From a virus, in IMG/VR virus record IMGVR_UViG_3300045995_000345, positions 9,025 through 73,024 of that record: a stretch of 64,000 bases of DNA; one strand, given 5' to 3'. Below the pieces are notes generated by a model. It searched no databases. It worked only from the letters and a program-made list of their open reading frames with translations, and was not told the DNA's origin. The translations under genes and the position numbers were made by a program. Each line of letters opens with the position of its first letter. The first letter of the stretch is position 1. This document shows positions 1 to 11,600 of this stretch, in pieces.

Positions 1-1
1 C

Positions 2-340
2 AGGCTGACCGTGGCTTTACTTGCAATGAGTGAAGCCTCCGGGAACAGGCTTCCGATGGACACGGTCCTGATCGTGCCGGAGTGTTACGACTTCAATGAA
101 GTCTGGAACTTCATCGCCAGCAAACCGTTCGCGCATCAGATGGGGCAGAAACAAAGCGACCCAGATTCGGAAGGCTGGACCGTTCAAGCCTCCGACTACG
201 ACCGTGTGTCCAACGCGCTGCGTGCATTGCGCAACGCTTGCGAGGACAGGCTGCCACCGGGACACTACGAAAAGCTGGAAGAGGAATGCCGGGAAGCGGA
301 CGTGGTGCTGGGCAGAAAGACGAAAGCTGACAAACCATGA
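2..340 (+). CDS. hypothetical phage protein (probably 5'-truncated by the window edge)
   Basis: Frame is open from position 2; ATGA overlap with the next gene at 337-340. Confidence 0.55.
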   Translation, partial: RLTVALLAMSEASGNRLPMDTVLIVPECYDFNEVWNFIASKPFAHQMGQKQSDPDSEGWTVQASDYDRVSNALRALRNACEDRLPPGHYEKLEEECREADVVLGRKTKADKP

Positions 341-672
341 CACCCGGCAACTGGGACGAACCACAGGGTCGTGCGGCACAGGCGGAGGTGCCTGGGGCGA
401 CGTGTTCGGCGTCTGATACCCCAATAACCGACCGACTGGAACACGAACAAGAGTGCAACTTCGATGTCGGATGGGAAGACGCATGTCGAGAACTTGAACG
501 CGAAAGCACGCGACTGCGAAAGGCGCTGAAAACCGTCTTGGCATCAGCGCATCCTCACCCAATGGAAAACGGCGCGATGTATGAAGCGTGGGAATTTGCG
601 AAGAAGGCCCTGACGCCGAACACTGTTAATCGCATCACCCCAGTTGACGCCGCTCAAACCGTGAAGCCGTAA
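337..672 (+). CDS. hypothetical phage protein
   Basis: 111 aa ORF coupled to the upstream gene by ATGA. Confidence 0.6.
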   Translation: MTPGNWDEPQGRAAQAEVPGATCSASDTPITDRLEHEQECNFDVGWEDACRELERESTRLRKALKTVLASAHPHPMENGAMYEAWEFAKKALTPNTVNRITPVDAAQTVKP

Positions 673-679
673 AAAAACT

Positions 680-925
680 ATGACAATCGAACAAAAGCTG
701 AAAACCCTTTGCGAAGAGAACGGGCTATGGAAAGAGGAAGCTGACGCCGTGGTTGCCGCTTATCGTGAAGAAGTAGACGGCGACATGAAGCGAAGGTGGA
801 ACGACAACGTTGAGGATTACCCCGTGCAAATGATTGCCGTGCTCTGGATGGGCACGAAGCGCTGCGCTCTGGACTACATTGACAAGAAATGTCCGGAGCA
901 CTTTGCGCGTCCAATGTTCGCCTAA
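680..925 (+). CDS. hypothetical phage protein
   Basis: 81 aa ORF with an A-rich leader and protein-like composition. Confidence 0.65.
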   Translation: MTIEQKLKTLCEENGLWKEEADAVVAAYREEVDGDMKRRWNDNVEDYPVQMIAVLWMGTKRCALDYIDKKCPEHFARPMFA

Positions 926-1049
926 TTCTTTCTCAGCCAGCGGACGCGGCCGGGATGTTCTGGTAGTGCATCCATCGGTCTGGAACTCTGCGAAGGCTCC
1001 GGGATCCGCTCCTTTCATACGGACACCAGGAGCCGGCTGAACTTTTCGG

Positions 1050-1216
1050 TTGACAGAATTTAGATGCGTGTTTCATTGGAGACGTCCCGCAAATCAGGAC
1101 ACATCGACTAGACCCGATGAAACACACAACGACAGTTCCGAAATGCCAGCCAGCCGGGAGCAGCACGTCCTCGCTGTTCCGGTCTAGCGGTTGGCTGGCA
1201 TTTCAGAGTGGTCACC
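1050..1216 (+). promoter_or_regulatory. structured leader RNA, copy A (C4/CI antisense-like architecture)
   Basis: TTGACA at 1050; hairpin CATCG-ACTAGACC-CGATG at 1102-1119; 17-bp stem 1140-1156/1188-1204 with a bulge GGTCTAG (1181-1187) complementary to the loop; homologous to 46454-46617. Confidence 0.7.
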
Positions 1217-1897
1217 ATGAGTTCGAGATACGAGAAGAACTGCCCCATCTGCGGCAAGATCTTCGTAGTCGCACAAAATCTCTGCGCCTGTTCGCGTGAT
1301 TGCCGAAGACAGATGAACCAACGGTGGGCGAAGGCCAAGCTAGAGAAGCGACGACTCGCCACTCAGTCTCGGCAATCGGGCAGCCCATCAATCCAGACTT
1401 CCAGACCGTGCAAGAACTGCGGCCGCGACCGCAGGAAGAACAAGATCTTCTGCTGCGTATCCTGCTATGAATCGTTCCAGAAGAGGCCAAAGACTACGCA
1501 GGAACTGGCGGAGATAAAGCTCGCGAAGTCGGAGAAGTTCAGGCGCAAGCGGCAGGCCCGTGGTCAACGCGAGTTTGAGCTGAACCCCACCCGGTTCACC
1601 TACTACCACCACGTCTATCTAAACTCCGATCGGTGGGGGGAACTTCGGAAGCTCAAACTCCAAGAGCGCGATTGCTGCGCCAATTGCAGCAGCCGGACGA
1701 AGTTGCACGTCCATCACTGGGATTACCACAACCTGACCGATGTCCTCCTGATTGATCTGGAAGTCGTTTGCGAGCTGTGCCACAACGAGATTCACCGCCG
1801 GATCGACCGCTTTCCCAAGTCGGAGTGGACCAGATTGAGAGACCTGTTCAGGGAACTCGGAATGGACGGGCTTCCCATCAATCCGAAGCACCATTAG
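1217..1897 (+). CDS. HNH endonuclease with N-terminal Zn-ribbon motifs
   Basis: CPICG..CSRDC and CKNCG..CCVSC motifs; C-terminal CANC..LHVHHWDY..LEVVCELCHNEIH; alternative GTG start at 1208. Confidence 0.8.
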   Translation: MSSRYEKNCPICGKIFVVAQNLCACSRDCRRQMNQRWAKAKLEKRRLATQSRQSGSPSIQTSRPCKNCGRDRRKNKIFCCVSCYESFQKRPKTTQELAEIKLAKSEKFRRKRQARGQREFELNPTRFTYYHHVYLNSDRWGELRKLKLQERDCCANCSSRTKLHVHHWDYHNLTDVLLIDLEVVCELCHNEIHRRIDRFPKSEWTRLRDLFRELGMDGLPINPKHH

Positions 1898-1901
1898 AAA
1901 C

Positions 1902-2690
1902 TCAGTTTCCATCCTTGGGCAAATCAATTACAGCCGGCGCCGGCAGGTGACTCCTTCCATTTCCATTCGCCACCGTCACATTTCCGTCAACACGCATGTT
2001 GACCATTGGCGACAGCGGCGAGAACTTCGGGCTCCGTTTATTCTGGATCGCTTCCTTCTGCTCCGCGCGCCGCAACTCAATCATGGCTGCCGCGATTCCA
2101 GCCTGCCGGATCTTGTCGTAGGTATCGAGCATGAGGCCGTAGAGCGTGGCCCTGTCCTGCCTGAGCATCCTCAGCCTGACCAGCCTTTGGTCAAGGTTCT
2201 CTCCGGTCAGTGGATCCAAGGGTGCGGTATCGAGCAAGGCGATCCTCTCCGTTGTTGCCTTGGCTTCAGTCTGGAAACTCAGGTAGAGGGACAGGAGGCC
2301 ACCGCCAGTCATGGCGCCGATCTGCTTGAAGTGTTTGGCGAACAGGTCGGCTTGATTGATGGCGGTCTTGGCTACGTCTTCGGGAATTCCGATGGAGGTA
2401 AGAGCTTCTGCCGTCATGCAGACATTCTCCAAACGCTTCATTGAGGATTCAACGTCGCGAGCTAATGACGCTCCCGGATCTCTCGCATCCACCGCCGATG
2501 CTTTCTCAGCTCTGAGTTGATCGAAGACGGCCTTTAGCTTTGCGTTGTCCATGATCCGCAAGCGTAGCTTCTCCGGATTCCTTCCGAGCAATCTAGCCGC
2601 CCCCGCTATGGATCCAGACTGAAGCAAAGCCTCCCTTATCTGTAATTGCGTGGTTACTCTAGGAGCTTGCTCTGGTGTGGCGGTGTTCAT
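1902..2690 (-). CDS. Fis-type HTH/coiled-coil protein (regulator or displaced terminase small subunit)
   Basis: IREALLQSGSIAGAARLLGRNPEKLRLRI resembles an HTH; ATGA-coupled to the giant gene. Confidence 0.6.
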   Translation of the reverse strand: MNTATPEQAPRVTTQLQIREALLQSGSIAGAARLLGRNPEKLRLRIMDNAKLKAVFDQLRAEKASAVDARDPGASLARDVESSMKRLENVCMTAEALTSIGIPEDVAKTAINQADLFAKHFKQIGAMTGGGLLSLYLSFQTEAKATTERIALLDTAPLDPLTGENLDQRLVRLRMLRQDRATLYGLMLDTYDKIRQAGIAAAMIELRRAEQKEAIQNKRSPKFSPLSPMVNMRVDGNVTVANGNGRSHLPAPAVIDLPKDGN

Positions 2691-5600
2691 CTCCCAAACC
2701 CCGCAGCGATTGAACGGTAATCCCTTGCCCCACCACCGCCACCGGACATGGAGCTGGATCCGTAGATGTTCACGGCCCTGCGTTCTGTGCCGAAGAACGG
2801 GGTGAGCCCTCCCGTGTTGGCTCGGCTCTTTCGCACCTGCGCTCCGTAGGCGTTGAAGTTGCGGATGGCTGCCGACACTTCGGTTGCGCTGTCACCCAGA
2901 GAAGCCAGCATCTTCTGGTACTCGCCAGCGCTGGGGGACTTGTTGAACGTGGAGCGGAGAGGATTCATGCGCTCGTAAGCTTCAGCCACGTCTGCGTAGG
3001 GATCAACCTCCGGGTCAGTTACAGCCTTCAGGCTGGCGACTTCAAGGGCCTTGGAGTACGCCTCGCGGAATGCGGCCGGGTCGTTGACGTAGGCAGCCAG
3101 GACCATGTTTCCCACCCAAGGTTTCACCGGGTTGGGTATGGCGTTGATCATGCCGGCGGCTGAACCCCGGAAGATTCTCAGGTCAAGTCCCTGTTCCCTG
3201 CCGGCCACACGGATCAGGTTGCCCACGTTGATGCGTTCAACAATGCGGCGCTCGGTGTTGTCGAGGTCCAGCATGTTGTTGATCGCATCAAAGTTCTGGA
3301 GGTAACCAGTTCCACCAGCAGCCTGAATGAACTGGCGCCAGGTTGAAGCGTAGGTGGAATTCGACGGGCCTTGACGCGCCAGCTTGGTGAGCACAGCGCC
3401 AAGGTTCATGATGGTGGAGGCGACGAACACCCGGCTGTCCACGCTGAACTCTCGGGCAGTGGACACGTTGAAGATGGAGTTGACGGGTTCGCTGATGATT
3501 CCGAACGTGCCAAGGCGGGAGAACGAATCAAGCAGGGCGAGGGGCAGGTTCTCATCCAGCTTGAACGGAAGCTGGTTGGGCGCCTTGCCAACGATGTCCT
3601 TCTCGTACTCCTTGCGCATCACGGCGTAGGCGATGGTCACTGGAACGATGGCCAGGGTGAATGCTGTGGCGGCGGAAGCGGCTGCCCTCAAGGATGCTCT
3701 ACCCTCCGGCTCTCGCGAACTCTTCACCACGTCGGCGGTCTTGATCAGAGCCCAGCCAGTCAGGGGTGAGACAATGCGGCCGAAGGTATTGTTGAGCGTC
3801 CAAGGCGCACGCGTGGTGATGCCCGTGTTGAGCAGCACCTCGGTGTTCGCCAGCGCAATGACGGATCGAATCTGATCGAAGGTCAAAGGCTCCGCTCCAG
3901 AAAGTCGCTTTCTAGCAGCGTCCTCCAGTTGGATTCCGTTCTTCTCCAGCGTGGTGTAGAAGTACTTGAACGCCCGATCGTCCAGCATCAGCCCGCTCAG
4001 GTTCTTGCGCGAGAAGTTCGCCGTCTTGGCGCTGAACTTGAAGTTGGGATCCGCTGCATCTGCCGGGTGGTATTGGAAATAAAGGGCTGCCTTGTTGATC
4101 CCGTCGTTCGTGAACTCAAGCCACGTCCGAGCTGCGGCGCGCTGCATGATGATGTTGTTCATGGAGAACGGTGCCCACCACTTGAGGGTAGCGGCTGCCG
4201 TCTCAACGTTCTTCGGCTTGCCAACCCCAGTGCTCAGGAACACACGCGCTGCCGCGTTGACCCGCTTCGTTACGGCGCGCACCACTTCACCGGGCACCCT
4301 CAGCGGGGATGCCGTGCTTCTCCACGCCACAGCCCAGAGGGACGCCTCCGCTCCAAGCTGCTGCCGATAGCGGTCCAGCATACTTCTCCACCCACGGCGT
4401 TCGGTGAGCGAGTCAAGGTCCGCCGCCCCACCGCTGTTCAATAGGCGAGTGTTCTTGGCGTTCTCCGCGTTCATCCGCATCTCCCAGCTCATCGCCTGCC
4501 ACATGCTGTGCATCAACTCGAATGCGTAGTTCTTGTAGTACCCACCGAACAGGACGGACACCGCTTCCTTGCTGAACCCGAACTTCCGGAACGCATGGTC
4601 AGGCAGTGAGATGTGATCGGACACGGCGGAGGTGACGCCCTGCAGTACGAACCCGCTCATAACGCCAACCATGTCCATCAACGTCTGGTAACTCTGACCT
4701 CCGCCGCTGTGGGTGCGAATGAGTGAGAAGAGAACGTCCTCGTTCTTTTGGGCGTACTCGAGATTGTAAACGGCATTCTCGCGCATCTTCCTCAGTCCAG
4801 GCCGATCTCCATTCAGCCCGTTCTCCATGTAATCTTTCGACAGCGCTGGGTTGCTGGTCTTGATCGCCTCTGCCGCCTTGAAGTCATCCGCCAGCAGCGT
4901 CAGTTCAGTCTGGAGTTTCGCCAGGTTGGCCTTCAGGTCTGTGGCTCCAGCTCCGTAGGCATCCTGCTCTGCCAGGACGCGGATGTAGTTCGCGTAATCC
5001 TTGTGTCCGTAGGTTCGGAAGTTCAACCATCCAGGAGGGAAGTCCTCTCCCTTGCGCGCATCCAGGAAGGCGCGCCCAATCGTTCTCAAGTCGTTGCCCT
5101 GATCTCCTTCGTCCACCTTGGCGACCTTGTAGAGTTCGTCCATGTAATGTTGGAACGTGGCCATGGTCTGGCCTACGAAATCCGAGAGTGTATCGGGACT
5201 TCCACCAAGGTCAGCGTGCAGCGTCTCGGCAAACTTCAGGGCATCGAAGGTGCCATCGGCGCGACCAGCCGTGGCTGCTTGGTAGGCTCCCCTCAACTGC
5301 GCGTGCGGGGCCATGTCCACAACTCCGCCAACCTCCGGGCCTTTGAAGTTCGTTTGACCGGGCTTGGAAATCAGTTCGGCAACGAACGTCGTGTTGACTG
5401 GAGCGGTGAACCTCGCGTCCAGCACGGCCTGCAACGCTGCCCGATCCTTGGAGTGCAGCAATGCGACGGCGCTCTTGGTGAGGCCGACGTGTTCGACGGG
5501 GGTGGGATTGCCAGCATCGTCTGTCTCGGCTCCCATCCATGGAGTATTCCAGAACAGCTTCTCACTTCCCTTCATCCGCATCGCGAGAGCCACGGCTGGC

Positions 5601-8600
5601 CCTGCGGTGTAACGGCTCATGGTGCTCATCACGCCACCGATGACATCGCGGAAGATGACGCGCCCTCCAACCATGACATCGCGGATCTTGAGCTTTATCC
5701 CGCGTCGGACGTTCTGAAGATCCATCGCCGCCGCGAAGTTGGCACGGATGTACTTGTCCACCGCTTCCCATGCGCCCTTTCGCTCCATGCCTGGGAGCGC
5801 CTGCACGAACCTCTTTCCGGTCGCCATGAACTGGTCGAGCTGCTGCTCCGGAGTCAGCCTTGGATCGTAGAGGTGCTGCTCGGATTGGAACAGGCCGAGG
5901 ATGTTGTGGTAGAAGTTGGCGTGAAACTCAACAGGGTTGTCGATGCCGGTGGCGATCATTGCGGCACGGGCAAGTTCGTCCACCTTGTAGTAGAGCCGCT
6001 CGTTGATCGAGTTGCGAAGCGACTGCTCCCGGTTGTTGTGCGTCACGATCTGCTGCTCGATGGCGCGCGCTGTCTGCGTTCCGTGTTGCCGGAACCGCGT
6101 CCCGATGTCGCCCATGGAACGGAGGATCCAGCCGCCCAAGCCACGCTGAATATTCTCATTCGCGCTGTTCGCTTGACGCCCGGCAGCCTCTCTCACCACA
6201 CGTTCCAGAAAAGCGAATCTCCCTGATCCTTGAGATCCCGGGTGCTCCGCCATCCAGCTCACAATCTTCGTGAGATTCTGCTGAATATTCGCGTCGCTGT
6301 AGTTGTCGCCATGCTGAACCGTCTGGCGAAACTCAGGCTTCGTGAAAAGATCATCCTCAGTTGTCAGGTTGCTCTCGGGAACCAAGTAAACCGCGTTGTT
6401 CACCCACTTGAACTGCCGGCTTTGTTCTCCGAAGGTGCCTTCCTCCAGGTCGCGCATTCGTTCCAGCTTGCGAATCTCCTCAGCCTGAATCTTGGAAATG
6501 ATGTGCCACTCCACATCCCACTGCGAGAGTTGTGCCGCCTGCTTGAGCAGCTTCTCGTTCTCCGCCTTGATTGTGTCGAGGCGCTTTAGGATTCGGTCGG
6601 CGTGAACGAACAGGGTGCCCACGCGGGAGAGCTGGCCCACTGCAAGCGCCCGGGCATCCGGCTTGTTGCTGACCGCCAGTTTGATCATCTGGTTGATGGC
6701 GGTCTTCTGGACACCCTTGTCATCGTAGGCTGTCCGCACCGCCAGGAGATCCATCGCGATCGGCCGGCGTCGTGCGAACTGGAGAGCCAGGGCAAGGCGA
6801 GCTGGGTCGGCTGCGATGTTCCGAGCGTTCGGGTTGGCGCTGGCTGCCGCCGCTGCCTGCACGTCGCCTGGGGTCAGGGACACCTTGCCAGCGGATGTCA
6901 GTGAGACATTTCCCACGGTGGAGTAGTCGATGCCTAGCTCTGCTAGGGCTTGAAGCTGGTCGCCAAAGGCAATCTTGTTTCCCTCAATCGCTCCAGCCGC
7001 GATCCTCAGCGCTTCCTTGAAGCCAGTCTTAATGCCCAAGGCTTCAAGGATGGATTGCGCCCCGGTGCCAGTGGCCTCGCGCAAGGCGTCCTTCATGGAC
7101 TTCAGGAACTGGCCGGTCACCACGTCGAGGTTCTGGTAGTTCTGGGTCAGCTCGTAAAGCTCCAGGTTCGATTCGCTGATGCGCTCGGTGAGCTTGCCTT
7201 CGCCGAACTCATGATCGGAGAGTGCCTTGCGCGCCTGCCACCGGGTCCGGTCCTTGTAGTGAATCTCCAGGGCTGCCATCTGCGCCTTGGGCGCTTCGTT
7301 GGTCTGCTCCAGGTCTGCGAACGTGAGGCTGGTAGAAACTGGCTTTCCAGTGGTGCCGTCTTTGGTGAGCGCGCTGTTGATTGCGGCCTTGATGTCCTCG
7401 GCTGGATCTTCCCCGCCTTGAATAAGTGAGGCGAACGAGTTCTGAATCCACTCGGCCTCCGTGGCAACCGGCTTCCCTGTGGTGGTGACGTTGTTCCCGC
7501 TCTTAACGAGGGCGTCGAAGTACTTGGAACGTGCGGCGGCAACCTCATTCGTGACCGCCATCATTCGCTTGGCCTCGTTCTCGTACTCTCGCGTTGGGCT
7601 GATCTCTGTGCGTTCCCCGGCGAGGCCCTTGATCTGGCGGTAGCGCATCTCATCCGCATTCATCGGCCCCGTGTTGGGTCGCAAGACGCGCCACGCCTTG
7701 TCCCTCGCCGCCGCCGCTTCGTCGTAGTTCTGGAGCAACGTGGTGACCAGCTTGTAGGCTTCGTCCGCAACGTTCTTGTCGCTGGTCAGGCCAACTGCCT
7801 TGAGCAGGTTCGCCACCAGGCGCTTGAACGCATCCCACAAGGACAACGATGTCGGGTCACCGAAGTTCGGAGGCAGCGCAATCTTGGTGAGCTTGTCTCG
7901 AAACTCCGGGTCTGACAGCACGGCAACGGCGAACTCATCCGATCCAACCAGACCTTCCGCTGACTGCTGCCACGTCAGGCCCGCTGCCTTTGCGGCTTCA
8001 ACCAGTGTGTGCAATTTTTGCACGAACTCCTGTTCGCCAACTGTCAGCGATGCCGGGTTGTTCCTCGCACGCAAGAGCAGTCGCGAGATGAAAGGATGCA
8101 GCGCCTCGTGAACAACTGAGACATGGAAGTCCTCCACGTTCCGAGCGTTGGCTGGGAACACGGTGGCTTCATTGTTGGCCACGCTGTAAGATCCACCAAG
8201 CGGAGTCCCGACTTGAGTCTCTGGAGAGATTGTCAGCTTTGCCTCAGTGACATCCGCTCTTCCGGCAAGGAACTTGGCTAAGGCAGCCAGTTCCCCACCC
8301 GCCTCCGCCACCTTCTCCAAGGCAGCCGCCAGCGTCGGGTAATCCTTCTTCAACGCGGCGATGTTCATCTCGCTCAGCAACCCGTGCTGAGTGGCTGGCA
8401 GCTTGCTCTTGGCCAGTCGTTTGAGATTGAAGATGACGTTCTCCACGGAGTCGGGAAGAAGCTCCGGCGCCGTGATCGTCTGCGCATCCAGGTCAACGGC
8501 GTCCATCGCGTCTGGATCCAACTGGCGTTCGCGGGATGGCGTGACGGCTTCTTGAGCCACGTCCAGGGCGGTCTCGATTCCGTGCGGAGTCCTCGCCTTC

Positions 8601-11600
8601 GTGATCATGTCGAGGATCTGATCCCTCTGACCATCACTCAACCCGCCGTCTTCGTGCAGACTCAAGATGACGCCAACCGCCTCCGCCTTCAGCGGCACAA
8701 GGGCGCGCATCTTCTCCGACATCGCGTCTAGAGTTGCTACGGAGGTGGGGCTTGGTTCAAGTCTTGCACTTGTTCCGGTCTCACTTGGGGCTTGCGCGGG
8801 TTGCGCTGCTGCCGGCGGCGTGCCTTGGCCAACGCCTGCGACAATCCCACCATCAGCAGCATTATCCCGTTGCGAATTTCCGGTCGCGCCTTCTGCAATG
8901 GCGGAGGAACTTCCAGCATTTGTGTTCTCATTGGAAAGAGCCTTTCTAACTCCATTCCAGTTCGTGATGATGGTTGGCAGTGTTTCATCCAACATTCGCT
9001 GGATCATTGCCCGGTCTTCGATGGAGTCGTAGGAGGCCGCAACGCTTGCCTGAAGTTCTTTCGCGAACTGCTGAATCAACTCGGGCGACGTAACGACGTG
9101 GTCCTTTTGAAACGCCACGATCTGCGCCACCATCGGCATGTTGTTCTTCACCCAATCAGCAAACCTGAGTTGCTCCTTCCGGTTCAACGCCTGCTCTGGT
9201 GTGAAGTTCCTCGCGTTGACGATGTCTCCGGACGCCGTCCTCACGTTGTCGGTTGAGTATCCGTAGGCGTCATCCCTTGCCTGCTTCAGTCCACCGAACT
9301 CGCCCTCGTAATCAGCCACGCTGCGGATGGCTCGCGCAAGCTGGTTGCGTGGCGACCGCAAGAGCATGGACGAATACGGCACGAACCCAGCCTCCAGCAA
9401 ATCAATCACCCCAACTGTGTCCTTGGCCCCATCACCAATGGCGAATCGGAATTGCAGGTTGGCAATGACTTTGTTCGCGCGGAGCTTCTTGCTCACCGCG
9501 TTCACGTCGCCCTTGGTCTTCTTCAGCGCCTTTCCGAGTTCCGTCAGCGTGACTGTCTTGGGTGAAGACTTCAACGCCTTGGCCGCTTCCTTTTTCGTAA
9601 TACCGAAACCCGCCGCCGCCTCTTCCAGCGTGTAGGTGATCGCCCTGTTGCGGTTGTAGGCCAGCGAAAGAATGACGCGGCCGGCCGGGGTGATCCAACC
9701 AGCAACCCGTCGGCTCAACGAAGAGGACTGCTTGCCCACCGCAACCTGCTTGCCCTTCTCACTTCTCTTGGCTGTGCCCACCTGGGACTGGGCAGTGAGC
9801 AACGTGCCGATCAGCTTCGCGGCGTATTCCTTCTCGCCCTGAGTCTTGGCTTCGTTGTAGAGCTTGTGAGCTTCAGACAGATCGTGACCGCCACCAGTGT
9901 CGTCCTTCGTGTCGTAGTAACCCGGGAGCTTGGCGATCTTGCGAGCGGCCTCTTCGCTGTCCAAAGTAGCCTGCGCATCAGAGGATTCGTCAGGCGTCAT
10001 TCCTGGCTCGTCACCAGACGTCGGATCTTCCACGCGGCCGAATGCGTTTTCGACTGCGGTGGATCCAGAATCATCAACGAGCGAATCACCATGCCCGCGT
10101 TGAGACGGATCTTCCGAAGGCTTGGCTGCATCCAGAGAACCATACTCGAACTCCACCGCTGCCGGCCCGATGGCTTGAACGATGGATTGCTCCTCCGCTT
10201 TGAAGTTGGCAATGGCACGCTCCAGCTTTGAGATGCTCAGGATCAGATCAGCGTGTCGGTCAACGAGCGCCTCGGCGTCCTTGTCAGCCTTCTTCAGCTC
10301 GGCAATGAGCGATTCGACCTGCTTGAGTTCAGCCTGCTGGGCAGCCAAGTCGGTCTTGAGATACTCCAGGTTCTTCTTGCCATCGTAGTTCTCTCCGAGC
10401 GCATCGACCTTGGCAACGACGTTGGCGGCGAAACCGAGAGCTTCAGGCTTCAGTGCTTCTTCGACTTTGCGTACTTCTTTGCCCACGACGGGAGCTTGTC
10501 CTTTGACTTCACCTTGGACGGGAGCTTGCTGAACGACGGTGTTTCCTTGGCCCACCGCTTGGCCCACGGTTGGTGCGTTGAGAATGCGAACTTCTGTTGC
10601 GAGGTGCTGAGGAATGGGGGCATTGGATTCCTTGGTTGGTGCTGACTGGCTGCGCGCTTGGATCTTGGCAGCCATCTCGGCGGGCCTGGGTTGGCGAGAC
10701 TGACTGAGCCGCTGAATGCGTGCGGCCATATCCGCTGGGCGCGGAGCCTGCGTCTTGAAGTACGTCTTGAGCGCGGCAACTGCGGCCTTGGGAGTTTCGG
10801 GAGGAGAAGCCTGTTGAGCCTCCGATGGAGGCGGTGCTTCCTTGGTAGCGAGCGCTGCGGGTGCAGCCGGCACAACAGGTGAAGGCGATTGGGCAACCTC
10901 AGCGTTGCGCGTCACGGTCGGGTCACGCATGGCTTCAGCGTAAACCATCAGGTGCGCTTCAACGGGCGTGCCAGCCGGGATCATCTGCGTGTCCACGGGA
11001 ACGAACGTAGCGCCAGCCTTGACGAACAGTTCGAGCTTGTTGCCCCCGTCCTTCTGCGGCGTCACCACGGAACGGAACAGCACCTTGCCCGTGTCATCCT
11101 TGGCTTCGAGGATGCGTGGTGTCAGCGGAACTCCCAGCTTGCGCGATTCGGCCCACGTCAACTGTTGGTTCACGTTGCGCTGCTTCACCACATCAGGAAT
11201 CGAGGCTTCTGTCTTGGGATCATATCGAAGCCCCAGCTTGGCAGCCATCTGTTGCAGGTCGGCGCGCGTGAGCGTGTCCTTATTTAGCAGTTCGGCTACA
11301 TCGCGAACCTCCGGGCTTCTCTGGTCTTCGGGAACGGACTGAACCAGATCCTTCGCGAACTGGTAGAGCGGCACCTTGGAGACGGCGGGGCGTTCAGCTT
11401 CAGCCGTAGCCGAAACCCCACCCGCACCAGTTTCGCTGGGAACGCTGGCTGGTGCGGGCGTTGATGTCTCGGTAACCGGAGGTGCTACTTGCAACTCTTG
11501 GGTCCCTTGACCTTGGGCATTTGCTTCTTCGCCATTGGGAGTCTCACCGCCTTTCTCGTTGGAAAGTGACTTTCCAAGTTCGTCGCTTCTGGCTTGAAGG

